This document shows positions 5,170-13,259 of a stretch of DNA of 32,000 nt, piece by piece; position 1 is the first letter of the stretch, and each line of letters starts with the position of its first letter. The notes under the pieces are model-generated. The model worked only from the letters and a program-made list of their open reading frames with translations. It ran no database searches and was not told the DNA's origin. The position numbers and the translations under genes were made by a program. This stretch comes from Acaryochloris marina S15 (lineage in GTDB: Bacteria > Cyanobacteriota > Cyanobacteriia > Thermosynechococcales > Thermosynechococcaceae). Location of the stretch: positions 4,800,001 through 4,832,000 of the forward strand of contig NZ_CP064923.1 in the NCBI RefSeq assembly GCF_018336915.1, read 5' to 3'.

Positions 5170-6690
5170 CTAATCCCAGGAGTCATCCGTTTTGACGGGA
5201 GCACGACCGTAGGTGTCAGTGAGTTGCAGTAACCGTTCTGCGATCGCATCCGTCAATCCACCCGAACGATACCGCCAAGCCCAGTTCCCCCCCGACGTGC
5301 TGGGTAAGTTCATGCGGGCCTCGGTCCCTAACCCCAGCAAATCTTGCACCGGGATAATCACCTGGTTGGCAACGGAACTCAAAGCCAGTCGCATTAAATC
5401 CCAGTGAATGCCTTCCTCTGAAAAACCGCCCATATAGCCTTCCACAAACACCCGCTCATGGTCAGGCATATCTTGAAACCAGCCCACTGTCGTGTTGTTG
5501 TCGTGGGTGCCGGTATAAACCAGGCAATTCTGCACATGGTTAAAGGGCAGGTACGGATTGCCAGAACCAGAGCCAAAAGCGAAGTGGAGAATCTTCATGC
5601 CGGGAAATTCAAACTTATCCCGCAGCTCTTCCACATCGGGGGTAATGATGCCCAAGTCCTCGGCCAGTATCGGCAGATTGCCCAGTTCATCTCTGAGGGC
5701 TTCGAATAGCTCATCTCCAGGAGCTTTGATCCACTCTCCGTTCATGGCAGTGGTTTCCCCTTGCTTGACCTGCCAAAAGGCTCGAAAGCCCCGGAAGTGA
5801 TCCACACGGATCAGATCCACATAGTCCAGCATGGTGCGGAAACGCTGAATCCACCATTTGAAGCCTTGATGTTTCATCCGCTCCCATTGGTAAATGGGAT
5901 TACCCCATAGCTGCCCCGTATCACTAAAATAATCTGGTGGCACCCCAGCCATCAGCGCCGGTTCGCCTGTTGCTGGATCTAAGAAAAATTGTTCAGGATT
6001 GGCCCAAACATCTGCACTATTGTGAGCCACATAAATGGGAATATCACCAATAATCTGAATGCCGTTATCGTTGGCATACTTTTTCAAATTAGACCATTGC
6101 TGAAAAAACTGAAACTGCCAAAACTTATGCATCTCCACATCAGACTGCAGCTTTTGTCGCCAATGGGCCATGGCAGCGGGTTGCCGTTGGGCAATCTCTT
6201 GGGGCCAAGTATTCCAAGCAGCCCCCCAATGGGCATCTTTGAGGGCCATAAATAAGGCCAGATCTTCTAACCAGACCCGAGTTTGACAAAAATCTCGAAA
6301 GGCGACGGCGAGTTCTGGAAAGACCCCAGCCTTAAAGTTGTCATAGGCCCGCCGCAGCAGACCGAGCTTCATGGGGAGAACCTGCTCGTAGGCAATCGTC
6401 TCGGGTCGAAAGCCGACCCCTAGCTCTAGGTCTTCTTCTTGCAGCAATTCCTGCTCTTGCAGTTGCTCAAGACTAATTAATAAGGGATTGCCCGCCATGG
6501 CTGAGTAGCACATATAGGGAGAGTTACCGAACCCCGTTGGCCCCAAAGGCAATACCTGCCAAAGTTGCTGACCACTCTTGGCCATAAAATCAACAAATCG
6601 GTAGGCTTCTGGCCCTAAATCACCGACTCCAAATCGACCAGGGAAAGACGTAGGATGCAGGAGAAGGCCACTAGCTCGGGGGAAGGGCAT
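5170..6690 (-). CDS. malQ: 4-alpha-glucanotransferase (amylomaltase)
   Basis: Full-length 506-aa match to the MalQ/disproportionating-enzyme pattern (MPFPRASGLLLHPTSFPGRFGVGDLG..., IIGDIPIYVAHNSADVW, GVPPDYFS.TGQLWGNP, YTGTHDN.T..GW). Confidence 0.95.
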   Translation of the reverse strand: MPFPRASGLLLHPTSFPGRFGVGDLGPEAYRFVDFMAKSGQQLWQVLPLGPTGFGNSPYMCYSAMAGNPLLISLEQLQEQELLQEEDLELGVGFRPETIAYEQVLPMKLGLLRRAYDNFKAGVFPELAVAFRDFCQTRVWLEDLALFMALKDAHWGAAWNTWPQEIAQRQPAAMAHWRQKLQSDVEMHKFWQFQFFQQWSNLKKYANDNGIQIIGDIPIYVAHNSADVWANPEQFFLDPATGEPALMAGVPPDYFSDTGQLWGNPIYQWERMKHQGFKWWIQRFRTMLDYVDLIRVDHFRGFRAFWQVKQGETTAMNGEWIKAPGDELFEALRDELGNLPILAEDLGIITPDVEELRDKFEFPGMKILHFAFGSGSGNPYLPFNHVQNCLVYTGTHDNNTTVGWFQDMPDHERVFVEGYMGGFSEEGIHWDLMRLALSSVANQVIIPVQDLLGLGTEARMNLPSTSGGNWAWRYRSGGLTDAIAERLLQLTDTYGRAPVKTDDSWD

Positions 6691-6706
6691 AAATCAAGAA
6701 CTCACT

Positions 6707-7813
6707 TTAGTTCGATATCAACTGTCGCACTTTTTGGGCCGTAATGGGAGCTAATAAAACACCATTGCGATAATGCCCGCTAGCCACCACCACATTGTCA
6801 TAGCCAGGTAGCCGTTCAATGATAGGAGCAGGCCGTTCATGGGGCCGAGGACGCAACCCAGACCAGGTTCTCAGAATACTGGCATGGGCTAAGGATTCAT
6901 CTAATGCGATCCCACGCTGATGCAGCTCATACATTTGCGCTGGATCAGCCTCAACCGCAGCCCCCACTTCTACAGGAAACTCCACTGTCGCCCCCACCCA
7001 CACCTCGGAAGCATTGATCGGCACGATATGGACCTGATCACCATTCACAACCGGCATAGGCTCGGCAAGAGGGGTTTGACGGCGCAGGTGCAGCCCTTGA
7101 CCCAAAACAGGATAAATCGGCACCGTCTGATTGAGAGTCGTCGTCAGGGGCATTGATCCTAATCCAGCCGCGACAATCACCCAATCCACGGGATAACTCT
7201 CGGCTTCTGTACAGATATGCGTCAGACATGGGGGATCCTGCTCGGGCAAAGATCTAAATTCAGCCACCGGAGTATTGAAATAAAACGTAGCCCCCCGCTT
7301 TTGAGCCGCCGTGATAAGCGCCGCCGATAAAGCCACCGGATCGACTTGGCGATCTTGTGGCGAATAGATGGCACCCACCACTGGTAGGTTAGATTCCTGC
7401 AAATGAGCTGCCCATAGATGGGGATAGGCCTGAACCAGCTGCTCCCGATCCAAAATATCCAGGCGAAATCCCTGTTTTGACCGGACTTGCTGGGTTTTAT
7501 ACCATCGCTGTAGCTCATCGCCATCAAAACACAGGCGCAAAATACCTTGTCGGTTATAGGGCAAAGATGTTTGGGTGATGGCTTCCAGTTCAGGTATAAG
7601 CGTTTCGTAGAGCTTTAGACTTTCTAGACGCAACAGCAAATGTTTACCCTTGAGCTTTAGGGTAGTCGCCGCCATCAGAACGCCAAGGGCAGCTCCGGTT
7701 GCCTGCCATTGATGCTCTTCTCGGGCATCCCAAACCGTGACCTGATGCGTCTGGCTCAGTTCAAAGGCAATTGCTGCCCCCACTACACCACAGCCAATAA
7801 TGCCAACTCGCAT
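6707..7813 (-). CDS. FAD-dependent oxidoreductase (DAO/glycine-oxidase-like family)
   Basis: N-terminal Rossmann dinucleotide motif MRVGIIGCGVVGAAIAFELS and a DAO-like C-terminal GHYRNGVLLAP. It ends 16 nt upstream of malQ, so the two are probably co-transcribed. Confidence 0.85.
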   Translation of the reverse strand: MRVGIIGCGVVGAAIAFELSQTHQVTVWDAREEHQWQATGAALGVLMAATTLKLKGKHLLLRLESLKLYETLIPELEAITQTSLPYNRQGILRLCFDGDELQRWYKTQQVRSKQGFRLDILDREQLVQAYPHLWAAHLQESNLPVVGAIYSPQDRQVDPVALSAALITAAQKRGATFYFNTPVAEFRSLPEQDPPCLTHICTEAESYPVDWVIVAAGLGSMPLTTTLNQTVPIYPVLGQGLHLRRQTPLAEPMPVVNGDQVHIVPINASEVWVGATVEFPVEVGAAVEADPAQMYELHQRGIALDESLAHASILRTWSGLRPRPHERPAPIIERLPGYDNVVVASGHYRNGVLLAPITAQKVRQLISN

Positions 7814-8018
7814 TGCGTTCCCTGCCTTGAGGAACTTATGAATAACATGATTATTAAGGAAAAATCAATAATCTGACTACCAAGAAATTCATAAGCATGT
7901 GTTAGGATGATGAGCGAATTCAAGCAGCCGGTTGCATAACACCTCTTAGACAACGCAACGTAGCTGTTTTTAGTGTTTGCACTATTAGCAATCCGTTTAA
8001 TCTTTCTACAATTCATCT

Positions 8019-8252
8019 ATGACAAATACCACCATGACTCCGGCGGTTCTGCACCCAATGGGTAAACTGCAGCGCCAAGTGCAGTCGTTAGTCAATTCTC
8101 AAAAACTCAAGCCAACCGATAGCCTATGGAAAGTTGGGTTGTTGTTTCCCGATAAATGGACACATCTAAAAGATGAGTTAATCGACTTTGAATTTTCGAT
8201 GCAAGATCCAATCGCCAGCTTCCTAGAAGTGGAAACCTGGGAAGACGAATAG
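8019..8252 (+). CDS. hypothetical small protein (77 aa)
   Basis: Only ORF evidence; no family recognised. Confidence 0.3.
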   Translation: MTNTTMTPAVLHPMGKLQRQVQSLVNSQKLKPTDSLWKVGLLFPDKWTHLKDELIDFEFSMQDPIASFLEVETWEDE

Positions 8253-8326
8253 CGACACAGTTTTCATTCAGCATTGATTGAACCAACAGATAGTTAGCCA
8301 CCCGCAATACTGCAGGACGTTTCCCT

Positions 8327-8521
8327 ATGGATGGCGGCCGAGTTCAGGATGCTGGTGAAACCCCCATTCATATTCAAAACCTTTTCTTGAGTCAAGGCTC
8401 TCTACGATATCTCCACCCATGGGAAGAGAGCTTGCAAGGTATTGGCCTTAATCCGGGCTTTGTCCCCACAAAAACGTTGAGGCTGATCCATGAAAACAGC
8501 AGCATTTTAGATGAACGCTAG
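8327..8521 (+). CDS. hypothetical small protein (64 aa), doubtful
   Basis: Only ORF evidence. No family and no clear RBS. Confidence 0.2.
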   Translation: MDGGRVQDAGETPIHIQNLFLSQGSLRYLHPWEESLQGIGLNPGFVPTKTLRLIHENSSILDER

Positions 8522-8786
8522 CACCAGCGATTGATGTGATCCTTCGATGATGTCGGACAACGAAGATATCCGTCCAACAGATAGAAGACCAGGAGATGGC
8601 TAGTCAGCTCAAACTTTAACGAAAGCCCACCAGGCGAAGCGCATCTGTTTAGGTGACACATTGCCCATCAAATATTTACGCATGTCATCCGCAAGAATGG
8701 AGACAGTCTCGCAATCGGCGGTGCCAGTAAACTGATGTCTCGATACTGGATTGAATTAGGGCCACTCCTGAGGCAGCGAGCGGTCG

Positions 8787-9335
8787 CTATGGTGCAATAA
8801 CGCCAAAAGTTTTCAGGGTCGGGCGCATTGCTGTGATTTCATCCCGGTGGGCAATGACGGTAAGTAGGGTTTGGGGCTCTGCGTCAGCAGTCGAGGACTC
8901 CACCGATTCGACTTTGAGTCTAACCTGCTCTGGCCGTTGCGCTCTTTGCCAGTAGAACCAGCCTGCTATCGGTGAGATGACAGTTATCACCGTAAAGCCT
9001 AACCCCACAGCGGGAAAGAGAATGCTAAACACTAGGCTTAAGCAGAGGGTTGCCGTTAGCATCAGAGCCGTTAGGAAACAGGCCATCACAACGCTGGGCC
9101 GTACCATCCCTTCAAAGGTGACTTGATCCAACTCTTTGTCCAGGGCTGCTAGCCGATAGGACCGATTCGTCAGGTGGTCTTCGACTTTTTTCAGCACCGT
9201 TTCTTCTGGCTGGGTAGACAGCCATTGCAACTCCTCAATGCGATCTTTCACCGAGGCACGAATGAAGAAGAACAACCCCACCATCAGCAATAAGGTCAGC
9301 AGAAAGGTTGAGGGTAAAACAAAGGAGCGCATCAT
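8787..9335 (-). CDS. membrane protein, possibly CCB1-family (cofactor assembly of complex C subunit B)
   Basis: An N-terminal TM helix is followed by FFIRASVKDRIE, a motif I associate with the CCB1/DUF3529 family. There is a central double TM segment. The family assignment is from memory only. Confidence 0.5.
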   Translation of the reverse strand: MMRSFVLPSTFLLTLLLMVGLFFFIRASVKDRIEELQWLSTQPEETVLKKVEDHLTNRSYRLAALDKELDQVTFEGMVRPSVVMACFLTALMLTATLCLSLVFSILFPAVGLGFTVITVISPIAGWFYWQRAQRPEQVRLKVESVESSTADAEPQTLLTVIAHRDEITAMRPTLKTFGVIAP

Positions 9336-9644
9336 AGGTGATTGAAGCCAAGTGAATAAAACAAATGTGATGCAAGTTGCCAGATCGAATTGACCTCAGT
9401 CACTGCAAGCACTTGGAAGAAAACATATTGTATGAGAATACACCCCTGAGAAATTGTTGTAATTTCTTCTGTCTTCCAAACAAAAAACAATTATTTGGTC
9501 GCGGCGAAAAAATCGCTTAGAGGTGTCTTCTCTGTTTAGTTTACAGCCAAAACTAGAACTCTTCATATGCTTGAAAGTCTTATTTTTTGGGAACTATAGA
9601 GGAAGGGAGCTGTTTTCGCTTTAACCTGTTAGAGGTGATCTTAG

Positions 9645-10916
9645 ATGTCGGCAATTCCGCAAAAAGCAGAAGTCATTCATGCCGTTTATGACGGTCAAGG
9701 GAACAGTCGTGACCTTGACCAAAATTCCAATGAACCTGAGGAAGTAGATTTTGATCCAAGCGCTGAATTAGATGATGATGCTTCTGAAGATCTTGCCGCT
9801 CTGAAGATGACTCCCATTTCTGCTGCCAACCGTCGCGGAACGACGGATTTGGTGCGGTTATACTTGCAAGAAATTGGCCGAGTAAACCTATTAGAGCGAG
9901 ATGAAGAAGTCGCTGAAGCCCAGAAGGTGCAACGCTATATGCATCTGCTGGAAACGCGAGAAGAATTATTAGAGAGTCATCCGGTTATTGCTGAGTATGC
10001 ACGCTTAACGGATGTCCGTGCTCGGCTGACCGCCATGTTGGGGCATCGCCCCTCTTTCAAACGCTGGGCCAAGGAAGCTGATATTCCAGTAGAAGAGCTA
10101 AAACCTCGACTGGCCGAAGGCAAAACGGCCTGGGCCGAAAAGGCAGAATTATCTACTGCGGAGCTAGACCAAATGGTCAAGCACGGCATTAAAGCCAAAG
10201 AGCATATGATTCAAGCCAACCTGCGCTTGGTCGTCTCTGTTGCCAAGAAATACCAAAACCGAGGCTTAGAACTTCTAGACTTAATTCAAGAAGGCACTTT
10301 AGGCCTAGAACGGGCGGTAGAAAAGTTTGACCCCACTAAAGGGTATCGCTTTAGTACCTATGCCTACTGGTGGATTCGACAAGGAATCACTCGTGCGATC
10401 GCAACCCAAAGCCGCACCATCCGACTCCCGGTCCACATCACCGAAAAGCTGAACAAAATCAAGAAGGCTCAGCGCAAACTGTCCCAAAGCAAAGGGCGAA
10501 CCGCCAGCATTGAGGACATTGCCCAGGAAATGGATATGACCCCGGAGCAAATTCGGGAACTCCTAGTCCGGGTCCCCCGCTCTGTCTCCCTGGAGATCAA
10601 AGTTGGTAAGGACAAAGATACTGAATTGGGCGACCTGCTGGAAACGGATGATATTTCTCCCGAAGAGCTGATCATGCGAGAGTCCTTACAGCATGAACTC
10701 AAGCAGCTCCTCGCCGACTTAACCCCTCGGGAGCGAGATGTAATCACCATGCGATTTGGCCTTAATGATGGCAAAACCCATTCCCTCGCCCAAATTGGTA
10801 AGTCCTTAGATTTATCCCGAGAGCGGGTCCGCCAAATCGAATCTAAAGCCTTACAGAAGCTGCGACAGCCCAAGCGTCGTAATCGCATCCGTGACTTCCT
10901 AGAAGCGTTTGCCTAA
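9645..10916 (+). CDS. RNA polymerase sigma factor, RpoD family (group-2-type core; long acidic N-terminus, SigC-like length)
   Basis: Regions 1.2-4.2 are all present: [117 protein letters not shown]. An AGAGGTGA SD precedes the ATG. Confidence 0.95.
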   Translation: MSAIPQKAEVIHAVYDGQGNSRDLDQNSNEPEEVDFDPSAELDDDASEDLAALKMTPISAANRRGTTDLVRLYLQEIGRVNLLERDEEVAEAQKVQRYMHLLETREELLESHPVIAEYARLTDVRARLTAMLGHRPSFKRWAKEADIPVEELKPRLAEGKTAWAEKAELSTAELDQMVKHGIKAKEHMIQANLRLVVSVAKKYQNRGLELLDLIQEGTLGLERAVEKFDPTKGYRFSTYAYWWIRQGITRAIATQSRTIRLPVHITEKLNKIKKAQRKLSQSKGRTASIEDIAQEMDMTPEQIRELLVRVPRSVSLEIKVGKDKDTELGDLLETDDISPEELIMRESLQHELKQLLADLTPRERDVITMRFGLNDGKTHSLAQIGKSLDLSRERVRQIESKALQKLRQPKRRNRIRDFLEAFA

Positions 10917-10950
10917 CGATTATTTCGTTAAAAATTGCCAAGATCACCCT

Positions 10951-10980
10951 AAGAGGATCGCTAAGCGATCCTCTTTCTTG
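10951..10980 (+). terminator. rho-independent terminator candidate of the sigma-factor gene
   Basis: AAGAGGATCGC-taa-GCGATCCTCTT is a perfect 11-bp stem with a 3-nt loop, followed by TCTTGTGTT. Confidence 0.6.
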
Positions 10981-11141
10981 TGTTCAGGGCTAATGGGCTG
11001 AGCCACGCTTCAAAGTATGGAGTTACAGTCTCCCCCTGCATTAACCGATTCACTTTACTTTTCTCAATAGAATCTTCTTGTTGCCATCGGATGCATCATT
11101 GGTTTAGACTTTCAATAAGCTCATGTTCTTGAGAAAAGACT

Positions 11142-11591
11142 ATGTACAGTTCCAACTCACTCAAAGCAGAACTGAATGACCGAGGATGGCGTCTTACTCC
11201 TCAAAGAGAAACGATCCTCAATGTGTTTCAAGACCTGCAAAAAGGGAAGCATTTAAGCGCTGAAGATTTATACAATCTCCTGGAAGAACAGGGTGAGCCC
11301 ATTAGTTTGTCAACCATTTATCGAACGGTTAAATTAATGGCTCGCATGGGAATCTTGCGAGAATTAGAATTTGCTGAAGGTCATAAACACTATGAGTTGA
11401 ATCAGCCCTATCCTTACCATCATCACCACCTAATTTGCGTCAAATGCAATAAAACCATTGAGTTTAAAAGTGACTCCGTTCTGAAAATTGGCTCTAAGAC
11501 CGCCAAAAAATCAGGCTTCCACTTATTGGACTGTCAACTATCGATTCATGCCATCTGCCCCCAATGTCAGCGGTCTTTACTCCCCACCTAA
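11142..11591 (+). CDS. fur: ferric uptake regulator, FurA-type
   Basis: Near-colinear with cyanobacterial FurA as I remember it: SLKAELN.RGWRLTPQRE.IL..FQ.L..G.HLSAEDLY..LE.QGE.ISLSTIYR..KLMARMGILRELE.AEGHKHYE.NQP.P.HHHH..C..CN.TIEFK.DS.LKIG.KTA.K.G.HLLDCQL.IHA.CP.CQ. Confidence 0.9.
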   Translation: MYSSNSLKAELNDRGWRLTPQRETILNVFQDLQKGKHLSAEDLYNLLEEQGEPISLSTIYRTVKLMARMGILRELEFAEGHKHYELNQPYPYHHHHLICVKCNKTIEFKSDSVLKIGSKTAKKSGFHLLDCQLSIHAICPQCQRSLLPT

Positions 11592-12175
11592 TCCAGGGTG
11601 TGGCAATGTTGAATCATATCTGGGAAAAATTGCGAAAAGTCCTGGGTAAAGGTGGGGTAATGGGCCATCCAATCTTCCATGGCAGGACATAAATCCACAG
11701 AACGTTGCCAACGGTGGCTGATTCTACGAGATAAGCGAGACAAGGTATTTTCGATGCCCTCAATGGTCTGGTATTGGGTCAGCCAATCTTCCGTAGCTAT
11801 CCGATCTAAAAGAGCGTGAATCTCTGCCGGTAGCCAGCCAGAATAGCGTTCAAATGAACGGTAGACATCGTGTGTAAACGTTGCCAATGGCACATCACTA
11901 TACTCTGACCAATGACAAGCTAAGTGGTGATCGTAAAAGATATCCACCAAGATACCTGCCATGCGGCGATGGGCAGGACTGATCAGACGTTTGCTATGGC
12001 GAACCACCGAATGTCGATCCGTAAAACTATCAATCTGTTGATGGTGTTTCATTCCGGCCTGCATCTCCACGGAGAACTCCTGGCGGACCGTCCCTTTAAT
12101 GAAGTCTGCGAGTAAGTTGCCTAGTCGATGTTCAACCGTCGGCTGAGCCAGGTAGAGATGGGCTAAAAAGTTCAT
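11588..12175 (-). CDS. acpH: acyl carrier protein phosphodiesterase (AcpH family)
   Basis: The start MNFLAHLYLAQ...GNLLADFIKG is the characteristic AcpH N-terminus, so the 48-aa upstream extension in the ORF track is rejected. Its ATG overlaps the stop of the upstream kinase gene (ATGA at 12172-12175). Its stop overlaps the fur stop by 4 nt. Confidence 0.85.
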   Translation of the reverse strand: MNFLAHLYLAQPTVEHRLGNLLADFIKGTVRQEFSVEMQAGMKHHQQIDSFTDRHSVVRHSKRLISPAHRRMAGILVDIFYDHHLACHWSEYSDVPLATFTHDVYRSFERYSGWLPAEIHALLDRIATEDWLTQYQTIEGIENTLSRLSRRISHRWQRSVDLCPAMEDWMAHYPTFTQDFSQFFPDMIQHCHTLD

Positions 12176-13242
12176 GCAAGAGGGGTGTCCCAATACCGGC
12201 GAGCCGGTTGATAAATATCGCCTAAGGTGTGATCTGCATTCACTGTAATCACCAGATCTGCTCCGGTTTCCTGAGTGGACAACGGTTTTACAAATAGCTC
12301 TGGATGCAGCGCTTTCCAAAAGTAATCCACAAATTCATCGATTTCCCCATCACTCATCCCGGCGTTACCAGATGCGATCGCTTTATGTTCTGCTTCTTTC
12401 CGCCACTGCTTACTGAGATGGTAATCCGCTAAGTTCAGCACCATCAAACGATCGAGACGGTCCCACAACGGCAAATAGTCCTGCAGACGTTGATTCATCT
12501 CCACCGCGAACTGGCAATCTACTGCCGTATCAATGGGGGAAGGGGCTTGCTCAAAGACATCAGGTGGAATGGGTTGTGCCCCCACAAACCAGCCCTCAAA
12601 CAACACAATATCGGCATTCGGCACCCTCTCAAAACCACTACGATCGCCCTGCCCCCCATAGGCCGACTTATCAAACCGAGGCACTTGCAGGTGAGTATCA
12701 GCCTCATTTGCTCGCACCTGATCCAAAAGTTGAATACCTAAACCGACATCATGGGTTCCCGGTGGTCCTCGCCATTTCAGTCGAGGATCTTCTACCTGCA
12801 GCTGTTGGCGATCGCCATAGGTCTTATAAAGATCATCAATGGAAAGACAGCAACATGAGTAGCCTAGCTGCTCAAGAAGGATCTGCAGCACCGTGGTCAG
12901 GGTCGTTTTTCCAGCCCCTTGCATCCCCAAAATGCCTTGAATCAAAGGGCGATTGAGTTTACGTCTAGCCTCTGCCAGCTGCAAAGCTAACGGCATCCAT
13001 ACCCGCCAGAGGGTCTGTAGCGGTGAAGTGGAAATTTGACAGTCTCCGCACCAAAACTCCTCCACCTGGGGATAGATCCGGGGGAGGAGCTGGGCAAACT
13101 GGTGAATCGTTGCTTCTACCGACCCTGGAGTCAGGCCAAAAGCTGCTGACCGATCTGGTTCAGACAACATCCATTCGCCTAATTCAGCAGTTTGATGTTT
13201 AGTCAGTGCCTTCCCTTGAACCAGTTGCTCTAAACTGTCCAT
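12172..13242 (-). CDS. D-glycerate 3-kinase (plant/cyanobacterial GLYK-type P-loop kinase)
   Basis: P-loop GMQGAGKTTL, then SIDDLYKT, WRGPPGTHD, VPRFDKSAYGGQGDR, LFEGW, GMSDGEIDEFV. All are colinear with the GLYK family. Confidence 0.8.
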   Translation of the reverse strand: MDSLEQLVQGKALTKHQTAELGEWMLSEPDRSAAFGLTPGSVEATIHQFAQLLPRIYPQVEEFWCGDCQISTSPLQTLWRVWMPLALQLAEARRKLNRPLIQGILGMQGAGKTTLTTVLQILLEQLGYSCCCLSIDDLYKTYGDRQQLQVEDPRLKWRGPPGTHDVGLGIQLLDQVRANEADTHLQVPRFDKSAYGGQGDRSGFERVPNADIVLFEGWFVGAQPIPPDVFEQAPSPIDTAVDCQFAVEMNQRLQDYLPLWDRLDRLMVLNLADYHLSKQWRKEAEHKAIASGNAGMSDGEIDEFVDYFWKALHPELFVKPLSTQETGADLVITVNADHTLGDIYQPARRYWDTPLA

Positions 13243-13259
13243 GATTTAGGCGCTTATTC

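Noticed and set aside
9336-9644. An NtcA-type site in the 309-nt region upstream of the sigma-factor gene (GTATGAGAATAC).
   Set aside because: The spacing is GTA-N6-TAC, not the GTA-N8-TAC required for NtcA. No other convincing operator was seen, so no regulatory site is called.
10981-11141. A Fur box upstream of fur (autoregulation).
   Set aside because: Only vague AT-rich similarity to the GATAATGATAATCATTATC consensus. I could not align a convincing 19-mer.
12176-12319. The long N-terminal extension of acpH (ORF track start 12319). Similar extensions occur at rpmI (25720), ilvH (18449) and the Coq4-like gene (4375).
   Set aside because: Family-typical N-termini begin at internal ATGs ([33 protein letters not shown] with an SD). 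The extensions overlap neighbouring genes or read as non-protein-like sequence.
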